This document shows positions 34,692-42,553 of a stretch of 64,000 nt of DNA, piece after piece. Origin of the DNA: an uncultured Acidobacteriaceae bacterium (GTDB taxonomy: Bacteria > Acidobacteriota > Terriglobia > Terriglobales > Acidobacteriaceae); NCBI GenBank assembly GCA_963724375.1, contig CAVRUM010000001.1:1251-65250 (forward strand), given 5' to 3'. How positions within the stretch are numbered: position 1 is the stretch's first letter; each line of letters opens with the position of its first letter. The notes beneath the pieces are model-generated. The model was not told the DNA's origin, did no database searches, and saw only the letters and a program-made list of their open reading frames with translations. The position numbers were made by a program, and so were the translations under genes.

Positions 34692-37360
34692 CCATGAGCG
34701 AGCCCGCTACGGGTATCGCGCGGGCCCCACGCAGCTCGTGGCGCTGGATTCTGCTACTGCTGGCTGCGATCGTTGTGATCGCATCGGTGCTGGTTCCGCT
34801 GATCAACATTGGCCGCTATCACCGCAGCGTAGCCAACTCACTCAGCCGCAGCCTCGGTCATCCCGTTCACCTGGGATCGGTGCAGCTTCAGGTCCTGCCG
34901 CATGCCGGGCTCACCGTCACTGACTTCGTCGTCGAAGAAAACCCGGGGTTCGGCGCCGAGCCCATCCTTCGCGCACCCTCTGTTCTGGTGACGCTGCGGC
35001 TCTTGTCGCTGTGGGGAGGGCATATCGAGGCCAGCCGAATCGATATCGACAACGCCAGCGTCAATCTTGTCCGCAACAACCAGGGCCAGTGGAATTTCAA
35101 TTTGCTGCTTCTCCAGGCTGCGCATGCCCCAAATGCTTCATCGGACCAGAGACACTTCACAGCGCGGCGCTTTCCCTATATCGAGTTCCGCTCGGCGCGT
35201 ATCAACTTCAAGAACGGCGCGGAAAAGAAGGCGTTCTCGTTCCTGAACGCCGACCTGTCTATCTGGCTGGAGGATCCCGGCCAGTGGCGGCTCCGCTTTG
35301 AAGGACAACCTGTACGCACGGACCTGGACCTGGATCTTGCTGATACCGGCATGGTGCGTCTCGACGGCTCGCTCAACCGGGCGACCGCGCTCGACACAAT
35401 TCCGTTGAAGCTTCACGCGGAATGGAACAAAGCGCCTCTCGGGCAGGCGAGCCGGATGCTGCTTGGTGAGGACAGCGGCTGGCGCGGTCTGCTCACCGCC
35501 GAGGCTGATCTGACCGGCGACCTCAAAAACCTACAGGTGACAACGCGGCTGCACGTGGACGACGCCCACCGCGAGGAATTCACTCCGCTGCAGCAGCTCA
35601 ATATGGACGCGAGGTGCCGCGCCAATTACCACACGGGCGTCGAGTCTCTGGATAACCTCACGTGCCTGTTACCGGCGGGCGACGGACATCTGCTGCTCAC
35701 TGGCTCTGTCCAGACCCCGAGCCGACCGCAGGCCAACCTTGCGCTTGAGATCAATCACACGCCGGCCGAGTTCGCGGTCACTCTTCTTGGACTGTTGCGA
35801 CGCGGCGTGACACCGTCGCTTAGCGCCTCCGGGCTGATCAACGGCCACTTTTCCTACGTGAGCGGGGCTTTCGCGGACGGCAAGAGCCCCCAGCTTACCG
35901 GTGAGGCAACCGTCGACTCGTTTGCGGTGACCTTTCCGGGACTTGCCGAACCGCTCGATTTTACGGCGTTGCACTTTTCCACCCCGAGCGTGGGTGCTCA
36001 AACGCACAGCAAAGCAAAGCTAGGAAAAAAGAGCGGCGCGGCACCGAAGCCGGATTCTGGTGCAGCGATTCTTCTCACTGCTACACCAGTATCGCTTGGT
36101 GCCCCTTCTCCTCTTGAGATTTCGGGAACGCTCACCGCTTCAGGCTTCCAGATGAAAGCCGCCGGAGAGGCCGACATCGCTCGTTTGGCTTCTATCGGCA
36201 AGGCGTCGGGTCTTCTGGGCTCATCGCTGGCTGAAATCCGGCCGATGGAAGCTGCCGCCACGCCTCCAGCAGAGGTCGATTTGACCTTCACGGGTCCGTG
36301 GATGACGCCGCTCAACAGCATCGCTCCGCCGACCACGACGACGGGCTCGATCCGTATCCAGCACGTCGAAGCGAAGTTTGGGTGGCTGCCCGAGCCGGTC
36401 AACATCGCCTCGGCGACGGCAAACTTCTCAGCCAACGAGGTGACCTGGACGAACGCTGCGATTACCGTCAGCGGTATCGGAGCACACGTGTCGTATTCGC
36501 ATCCTCTGGGCTGCCCTGCGAACGAAGACTGCAGCCTTCCCGGATACGAGCCGCCTCCCGGGCATTTCGACGCCGATATGCCCACGCTCGATCTTGCCTC
36601 CGTCCAGTCGACGCTGATGGGAGCGGGGCAACACAATGAGTTTTTCAACGCTATCCTCGCTCAGGTCGGGCGCAGCAGCGCGCCGTGGCCGGCGCTCGAA
36701 GGCACCGTCCATTCCGGCACTCTCACCTTAGGGACCCTCGTGCTGCATGACGCCCGAGCTACCCTTGCGATTCATGGGAACCGGCTCGGCATCAACTCGA
36801 TCGATGCCGCAGCGCTTGGTGGTTCGATCAAGGTGACGGGAAGTGTCCAGACCGACACCGGCCAGCCCGTTTATTCACTGAATTGCACCTGGACGGGTGT
36901 GAGCGTTCCGCAGATTGCCGCGATGTTTCATGAGAAGTGGGGCGCGGGAACACTCGGCGGCAACGCCAGCATCAACCTCCAGGGCTATTCTGCGGCAGAC
37001 CTTGCCGCCTCGGCGCACGGGACATTTGCATGGGACTGGACGCGGGGGTCCCTGGTGGGCGCTTCAGGTGCGGCCCTCGCGGCGAAAGCACCGGCGGCTC
37101 TTCGAGAAACCAGCCTGAGCAGGCCCCTAGGCCCAGGTTTCTCTCCGGCGCATTTCGCTCGCTGGCAAACCAGCGGAACCATTGCCAGCAGAGCTTTGAC
37201 GCTTGATCCTTCCGCGGAAATGAACCCTGTGACAGGGACCATAAGCTTCGAGCGCACCGTTGATCTTTCGTGGCCGATGGCAGACGGCCAGAGGCTCCGC
37301 GTCGGAGGCACTCTGGCAAGCCCCGCAGTTGAAGCTGCGCCGGTGTCCGCCGCACAGTAA
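34688..37360 (+). CDS. AsmA family protein (outer-membrane biogenesis/lipid transport-like)
   Basis: N-terminal anchor WRWILLLLAAIVVIASVLV, then the typical AsmA start (HRSVANSLSRSLGHPVHLGSVQLQVLPHAGLTVTDFVVEENPGFGAEPILRAPSVLVTLRLLSLW...NNQGQWNF). Long beta-rich body. Start is GTG 34688 (GTGA overlap with lepB) or ATG 34694. Confidence 0.7.
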   Translation: MTMSEPATGIARAPRSSWRWILLLLAAIVVIASVLVPLINIGRYHRSVANSLSRSLGHPVHLGSVQLQVLPHAGLTVTDFVVEENPGFGAEPILRAPSVLVTLRLLSLWGGHIEASRIDIDNASVNLVRNNQGQWNFNLLLLQAAHAPNASSDQRHFTARRFPYIEFRSARINFKNGAEKKAFSFLNADLSIWLEDPGQWRLRFEGQPVRTDLDLDLADTGMVRLDGSLNRATALDTIPLKLHAEWNKAPLGQASRMLLGEDSGWRGLLTAEADLTGDLKNLQVTTRLHVDDAHREEFTPLQQLNMDARCRANYHTGVESLDNLTCLLPAGDGHLLLTGSVQTPSRPQANLALEINHTPAEFAVTLLGLLRRGVTPSLSASGLINGHFSYVSGAFADGKSPQLTGEATVDSFAVTFPGLAEPLDFTALHFSTPSVGAQTHSKAKLGKKSGAAPKPDSGAAILLTATPVSLGAPSPLEISGTLTASGFQMKAAGEADIARLASIGKASGLLGSSLAEIRPMEAAATPPAEVDLTFTGPWMTPLNSIAPPTTTTGSIRIQHVEAKFGWLPEPVNIASATANFSANEVTWTNAAITVSGIGAHVSYSHPLGCPANEDCSLPGYEPPPGHFDADMPTLDLASVQSTLMGAGQHNEFFNAILAQVGRSSAPWPALEGTVHSGTLTLGTLVLHDARATLAIHGNRLGINSIDAAALGGSIKVTGSVQTDTGQPVYSLNCTWTGVSVPQIAAMFHEKWGAGTLGGNASINLQGYSAADLAASAHGTFAWDWTRGSLVGASGAALAAKAPAALRETSLSRPLGPGFSPAHFARWQTSGTIASRALTLDPSAEMNPVTGTISFERTVDLSWPMADGQRLRVGGTLASPAVEAAPVSAAQ

Positions 37361-37428
37361 GATCCGGGCCGGCGGCAACCGGTTCATTCCCACGTCTGAA
37401 GATCCCGACATGGGCTCAGGGTCTGATG

Positions 37429-37773
37429 CTACTTTTCAGTTTTTATGTGCAGATTGATCGTCAGCTGCCTGCGGGAGTCATATGCGCTGATGGTCTTGGT
37501 GGAGCTTTGCGCGTTCTTGTATTTGGCCCAGACGGTGTAGTCGAGATCGGGAGCAAGCTGCCCGAAGCGATAAGTGCCGTCCTGGGTGGCGATGAAGGTC
37601 CGGATGCTGTTGCTCCTCGAATCCTGGAGATAAACGATAGCGCTGCGCAACGGCACGTCACCATCCCCCAGAACCTTTCCATCGAGAGTCTTGAATTTTG
37701 TGTTTTGCGCGAGGGCCCCGGTCACCAGCAAGCAAAGAAGACAAAAGGCTGGAGCGTATTTTATCCGCTTCAT
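37429..37773 (-). CDS. Small secreted carboxypeptidase-regulatory-like (CarboxypepD_reg) domain protein
   Basis: Signal peptide MKRIKYAPAFCLLCLLVTGALAQ. Single Ig-like fold pattern LDGKVLGDGDVPLRSAIVYLQD...TQDGTYRFGQLAPDLDYTVWA. Its ATG overlaps the upstream stop (ATGA). Confidence 0.65.
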   Translation of the reverse strand: MKRIKYAPAFCLLCLLVTGALAQNTKFKTLDGKVLGDGDVPLRSAIVYLQDSRSNSIRTFIATQDGTYRFGQLAPDLDYTVWAKYKNAQSSTKTISAYDSRRQLTINLHIKTEK

Positions 37774-37961
37774 TCCTCTTCCTCATCGATAGGCTCTTCG
37801 TCCTCATCCTCGTAGCCTTCGTCAACCTTGACGAGTTCCAGGGGATCGGTGGTCACGACTTCATACTCGGAGCCGCATTCGTCGCAGACGATCACGTCGC
37901 CTTCGTCAACCTCGTCCTCTTCAATATCCAGGGCGCTCTCACATTCAGGGCAAAGTGGCAT
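37770..37961 (-). CDS. LysW-like zinc-ribbon protein with a poly-acidic C-terminal tail (amino-group carrier protein family-like)
   Basis: MPLCPECESALDIEEDEVDEGDVIVCDECGSEYEVVTTDPLEL matches the LysW pattern CPxCG...ELGE.V.CxDCGAELEVV..DPL.L. Strong SD (GGAGG, 6 nt, ATG). The tail ends ...EDEDEEPIDEEEE rather than EDWGE. Confidence 0.65.
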   Translation of the reverse strand: MPLCPECESALDIEEDEVDEGDVIVCDECGSEYEVVTTDPLELVKVDEGYEDEDEEPIDEEEE

Positions 37962-38112
37962 GGCAAACCTCCAAGGGATCGGAGTAATTGAGTTTTATTA
38001 GAATGATGTCTCTACCGCAACTCCGTTAGTGTTGAGGACAATCGTGCGGCGCGTCAAGCGTGCTCGATGCAATTTACGATAAGCAGTCAAATCCAGTTCC
38101 GTCGGTGGGGCC

Positions 38113-39642
38113 GTGGGAATAAGAGCCAGCATTCGCAGCAACTTGAGCCGATTCGTCACGTGCTCCGTGATCATCTTTATTCTAACTGCGTGCGTGGCGG
38201 GATTTCAGTCCGCCGCGTATGGACTGTCAGACGCGGCAAAGTCCGATCTGGATGCAACCGGCTCGCCCATTCAGGCCGCACCCGCCGATCCGGCGATCGA
38301 GGCGGCCCTCAACCAGATATCGGCACACCAGATCAGGCGCACGATCGAAAAACTTGTGGGCTTCAAGAACCGGAACACGCTCTCGAGCATGGACAATGAC
38401 CTGCCCCCGGGCCAGGGCGTAACCGCCGCTGCCAACTGGATCACGCAGACCCTGCAGACCTATTCAGGCGACTGCGGCGGATGCCTGGAAGTAAAACAGG
38501 ATACGTTCACCGAGCCGCCGCAGACCGGGCCGAATCCGCGGATAACGCAGCCGACGACCATTACCAACGTATATGCCGTGCTGCGCGGAAGCGATCCCGA
38601 GCAGGCAAAGCGGGTAATCCTAGTGACCGGGCATTATGACTCGCGCAACAGTGACACGATGAACACTCACGATCCGGCACCGGGCGCGAACGATGATGCA
38701 AGCGGCGTTGCGGTGAGCCTGGAGTGCGCGCGCGTGCTCTCGAGACTCAAGTTGCCCGCCACGCTGGTCTTTGCCGCAGTCGCCGGCGAGGAGCAGGGCC
38801 TCAACGGCAGCGCCCATCTCGCAAAGCTGGCGAAAAACGAAGGCTGGGAGATCGAGGCTGTGCTGAATAACGATATCGTGGGCGGCAACACCACGCCGGG
38901 CGATACCCTGCAGGATAAATCCGCGGTACGCGTGTTCTCGGAGAGCCTGCCGGCCAATGCCACTCCGGACGAAGTGCGGCGGCTGATTGCGCTGGGCTAT
39001 GAGAGCGATTCGCCCTCACGGGAACTGGCGCGAGCCATTGCCGATGTGGGCAATACCTACGACGCGATGCCTGCCGGAAAAGCTGCTGCCGGGACGGCGA
39101 GCTTCCACCCGGTCCTTGAGTTCCGACGGGACCGCTTCCTGCGCGGCGGCGATCATTCTTCGTTCAACGCGGAAGGCTTCGCGGCGGTGCGCTTTACGGA
39201 GTGGCGGGAGGACTTCAACCACCAGCACCAGAATGTCCGCACGGAGAATGGCGTGGAGTATGGGGACTTGCTGAAGTTTGTGGATTTTGACTACGTGGCG
39301 CGCGTGGCCCGTCTGAACGCCGCGACGATGGCTGTGCTGGGCTCGGCTCCTCCGCCGCCGGACAAGGTGAGGATCGTGACGCGCGATCTGGACAACAGCA
39401 CCACATTGCACTGGTCCGAAGGGCATGGCACGCCACCGGGGACGACATACGATGTCGTCTGGAGGGAGACAGGCGCACCGGTGTGGCAACGGTTCCAGCC
39501 TACCGGCAACGATCGGCGGCACGGCAGCGGGGAATACGAGGTTACCCTCCCGGTTTCGAAAGACAATGTAATCTTCGGCGTTCGTGCGGTTGACGCCGCG
39601 GGGCATCGGAGCGTGGCGGTTGTTCCCATGCCGGAACGGTGA
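38113..39642 (+). CDS. M28 family metallopeptidase with a C-terminal fibronectin-III-like domain
   Basis: VTGHYDSRN...GANDDASGVAVSLECARVL and FAAVAGEEQGLNGSAHLA are M28 zinc-ligand motifs. The C-terminal about 100 aa is a beta-sandwich-like module (TTLHWSEG...YDVVWRETGAPVWQ). Start is GTG 38113 or TTG 38143. Confidence 0.85.
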   Translation: MGIRASIRSNLSRFVTCSVIIFILTACVAGFQSAAYGLSDAAKSDLDATGSPIQAAPADPAIEAALNQISAHQIRRTIEKLVGFKNRNTLSSMDNDLPPGQGVTAAANWITQTLQTYSGDCGGCLEVKQDTFTEPPQTGPNPRITQPTTITNVYAVLRGSDPEQAKRVILVTGHYDSRNSDTMNTHDPAPGANDDASGVAVSLECARVLSRLKLPATLVFAAVAGEEQGLNGSAHLAKLAKNEGWEIEAVLNNDIVGGNTTPGDTLQDKSAVRVFSESLPANATPDEVRRLIALGYESDSPSRELARAIADVGNTYDAMPAGKAAAGTASFHPVLEFRRDRFLRGGDHSSFNAEGFAAVRFTEWREDFNHQHQNVRTENGVEYGDLLKFVDFDYVARVARLNAATMAVLGSAPPPPDKVRIVTRDLDNSTTLHWSEGHGTPPGTTYDVVWRETGAPVWQRFQPTGNDRRHGSGEYEVTLPVSKDNVIFGVRAVDAAGHRSVAVVPMPER

Positions 39643-39780
39643 GGCAGGGACCAGAGACTCGGCATTGGCCTGAGCGATTCGTATGAGCCGTTTGTCGCTC
39701 GGTAGTCTCAAGCTTAGGGTTTGACAGCAGTCGACCGGTGGCAACAACCGGGACCTGCCTTGGTGAGAGAATAGGATGGT

Positions 39781-40587
39781 ATGCCACGCAGTGCAGGCTT
39801 TCTGGCCTTTCCCGACTTTCGCGGACTGACGCGCAAGCTCATCCTCTGGAACCTCGGCGCTTTTTTTCTGCTGCTGATTCTGGGTGTGGCCTCGAAGGCC
39901 GCAGCGCTCACTATAGTGGCCTGGACGGCGCTTGTCCCTCCGTACGTACTTGAGGGACGCATCTGGCAGCTTATTACGTATTGCTTTGTGCATCAGGGGA
40001 TACTGAACACGGCGTTTGAGTTGCTTTCGCTGTGGTTCCTGGGCAGCTTTCTTGAGGCGAACCACGGCTCGCGATGGCTGGGCGAGATCTATTTCTTCTC
40101 CGTACTAGGAGCCGGGCTGGCGGGGATTGCCTTGTATTTCGGATTGCCGGGCGGGGGAGGTGTGCTCACCGGCTGCTACGGCGGGTTGTTCGGACTGCTG
40201 ATCGCATTCGGGGTGCTCTACGGGGACATGCAATTCATGATGTTTCCACTGCCGATGATGATCAAGGCCAAGTACCTGGTCGGTGTATACCTGCTGATCG
40301 CCCTGGCGATGCTCTTCTCGGACCAACGCTTCTTCGCGTTCGCGCAACTCGGCGGGGGGCTTTTCGGATATATCTACATCCGGATGGCTCCGCGGCGGGG
40401 GTTCGCGTTCGCGAGCAGCGAGCGACTCTATGGGCTTCGCAATAGCTATTACCGGTGGAAGCGGCGCAGGGCGGCGCGCAAATTCGAGGTGTACATGCGT
40501 AAGCAGAACCGCGATGTGCGTTTCGACAAGGACGGCCGCTATATCGATCCGGACAAGGACCCCGATGACCGCCGCTGGATGAACTGA
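39781..40587 (+). CDS. Rhomboid-family membrane protein lacking the catalytic residues (predicted pseudoprotease), with a basic C-terminal cytoplasmic tail
   Basis: WQLITYCFVHQGILNTAFELLSLWFLGSFLEANHGSRW aligns residue for residue with E. coli GlpG [38 protein letters not shown]. The GxSG box reads GCYGG and the AH box reads AQLGG. Confidence 0.8.
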   Translation: MPRSAGFLAFPDFRGLTRKLILWNLGAFFLLLILGVASKAAALTIVAWTALVPPYVLEGRIWQLITYCFVHQGILNTAFELLSLWFLGSFLEANHGSRWLGEIYFFSVLGAGLAGIALYFGLPGGGGVLTGCYGGLFGLLIAFGVLYGDMQFMMFPLPMMIKAKYLVGVYLLIALAMLFSDQRFFAFAQLGGGLFGYIYIRMAPRRGFAFASSERLYGLRNSYYRWKRRRAARKFEVYMRKQNRDVRFDKDGRYIDPDKDPDDRRWMN

Positions 40588-40867
40588 AGCCAGGAGCAGG
40601 GACGCGCGGGTCCCGGACGGAAGTTGCTCAAATGGTGGAGAGCACAGTTGCCTTCGCCGGAGGAAACAGGCAGAGGATCTGGCTCGAAAGGCGTCCTGAG
40701 TGGACCATGGCTTCCGCGCTCGAACATGGGCTTTACTGCGCACGCACTTCTGGACGATGATGCTGGTGGCTGGGCTCACCGTCGCGCATGTCGTTCGCAA
40801 CCGACCGTAAGCTGGAGGGATCACCGTCCAGTTCGGGCCTGGACCTTCGATCTGAGAATGGTGCCCG

Positions 40868-41341
40868 ATGGTCAGGAAATGGTTGTGGCTGGCGGCCTTG
40901 TTTGTTGCGGCGAATTCTATGGCTCTAGCGCAAACCTACGCGGATCCGGCGCCATATTGCAAGGCTGTGGGGACGATCGACAAGCCCGATGCGCGATATA
41001 CAGGTCCGAAGTTGCCCGCGTGGATGGCGCAGGATCTCAATCTGAAACCCGATCAGGGCAAGATGATGGAGTGGCGCTGCTCAAACGGGCAGGTGCTGGC
41101 GTGCCTTTATGGCGCAAATATTCCCTGTGATTCAAAGGCATTCACGAGCAAAAAGCCGACGCAAGCTGTTGTGGATTACTGCAAGCAGAATCCGGATTCA
41201 CAGTTTGTGCCGATGTACGTGACTGGCCACGAAACCTCGCTCTCGTGGGCGTGTCATGGGCCCAGGCCCGTGGTGATCCACTCGCAGCAGGTCGACGCCC
41301 AGGGTTACGTCGAGGCGTACTGGAAGGTCGTATCGCCGTAA
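40868..41341 (+). CDS. Hypothetical Cys-rich secreted protein (157 aa)
   Basis: Signal peptide MVRKWLWLAALFVAANSMALAQ and seven Cys in the mature part. Its stop overlaps the start of the downstream cytochrome gene (TAATG). Confidence 0.6.
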   Translation: MVRKWLWLAALFVAANSMALAQTYADPAPYCKAVGTIDKPDARYTGPKLPAWMAQDLNLKPDQGKMMEWRCSNGQVLACLYGANIPCDSKAFTSKKPTQAVVDYCKQNPDSQFVPMYVTGHETSLSWACHGPRPVVIHSQQVDAQGYVEAYWKVVSP

Positions 41342-42549
41342 TGCCGGGATTCTATTTTCTGTTGGGTCTGGCTGCTCTGCTCTTGGTCCCTGCCCGGGCC
41401 GGCTCTTCCGCTCAGGATCACGCCGCCGCTGACTCTCAACATCAGCGGCCGGGTTACGCCGGAGATGCTGCGTGCCTCGACTGCCACAAGGACCAGGGCC
41501 TTTCTTATATCCAAACTTCGCATCACCTCACGTCGCGGCTGGCGAGCAAAGAGTCGGTGTTCGGCTCGTTTACGCCGCGATCCAATGTGCTAATGATCGT
41601 CGACCCAGCGCGAACGACTATAGAGCCGGGCCTCTACTTCAAGATGGAGGCAAAAAACGGCAGCTTTTACGAGACGGCCGTCACGGGGTGGGGCAACGAG
41701 CTGTTCACCGAGAGCGAGCGAATCGATATTGTTACAGGATCTGGGGTGCGGGGCGTGACCTATCTCTACTGGGAGGGCGACCGCCTATACGAGTTGCCGG
41801 TAAGTTACTGGACCGACGGACACCAGTGGATCAACAGCCCAGGCTACGGCAATGGCACGGCGAAATTTTCGCGGCCGATCAATCCGGGATGTCTCGAGTG
41901 CCACGCCAGTTACATCAAGGCGCTGTCCACGGATCCACTGACAAATCGCTACGAACGCAACAGCTTCGTGCCGGGCATTTCCTGCGAGACATGCCACGGA
42001 CCCGGCGCCGAGCACGTTGCGCGACAGAAAGCCGGTACCGCAACAGCGCAGGGACAGGCGATTCTCAATCCGGCGAAGTTTTCACGCGACCAGCAAGTGG
42101 ATCTTTGCGCGCTCTGCCACAACGGAATCCAACGGGAAGCGATCGCTCCGGCATTTTCCTATGTGCCGGGCGAGCCGCTCGCGAATTATTTCAAGCCTCT
42201 GCCGACCGATACTCTTGAGCACCCTGATGTGCACGGCAACCAAGTGGGATTACTTCAGAGGAGCCGCTGTTACCATTCGTCTCCAAGTATGACCTGCTCG
42301 ACCTGCCATGACGTGCACGCGCCGGAGGAATCTGCGGCGTCATATTCGGAGAAGTGCCTCACGTGTCACCAGTGGCAAAGCTGCGGCGTGGCAAAGACGA
42401 TGGGACACAAAATCGCCAACGATTGCATCGACTGCCACATGCCGGTCGAGCCGACGAACGTAATCGTTTCGGATACGGCGGGCAAAGAGGTGCGAGCGAA
42501 GATGCGGAATCACTGGATCAAGGTGTATCCAGGAGCACATATGCCGTGA
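41341..42549 (+). CDS. Multihaem c-type cytochrome (seven CXXCH motifs), secreted
   Basis: Signal peptide MPGFYFLLGLAALLLVPARA. Haem motifs: CLDCH, CLECH, CETCH, CALCH, CSTCH, CLTCH, CIDCH. Confidence 0.85.
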   Translation: MPGFYFLLGLAALLLVPARAGSSAQDHAAADSQHQRPGYAGDAACLDCHKDQGLSYIQTSHHLTSRLASKESVFGSFTPRSNVLMIVDPARTTIEPGLYFKMEAKNGSFYETAVTGWGNELFTESERIDIVTGSGVRGVTYLYWEGDRLYELPVSYWTDGHQWINSPGYGNGTAKFSRPINPGCLECHASYIKALSTDPLTNRYERNSFVPGISCETCHGPGAEHVARQKAGTATAQGQAILNPAKFSRDQQVDLCALCHNGIQREAIAPAFSYVPGEPLANYFKPLPTDTLEHPDVHGNQVGLLQRSRCYHSSPSMTCSTCHDVHAPEESAASYSEKCLTCHQWQSCGVAKTMGHKIANDCIDCHMPVEPTNVIVSDTAGKEVRAKMRNHWIKVYPGAHMP

Positions 42550-42553
42550 TGCG

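Noticed and set aside
40588-40867. A 280-bp gap after the rhomboid-like gene, with ORFs 40624..41130 (+) and 40539..40727 (-).
   Set aside because: Both translations are Arg/Gly/Trp-rich and overlap well-supported genes in other frames. No RNA-gene signature or terminator was recognisable, so it is left as plain intergenic.
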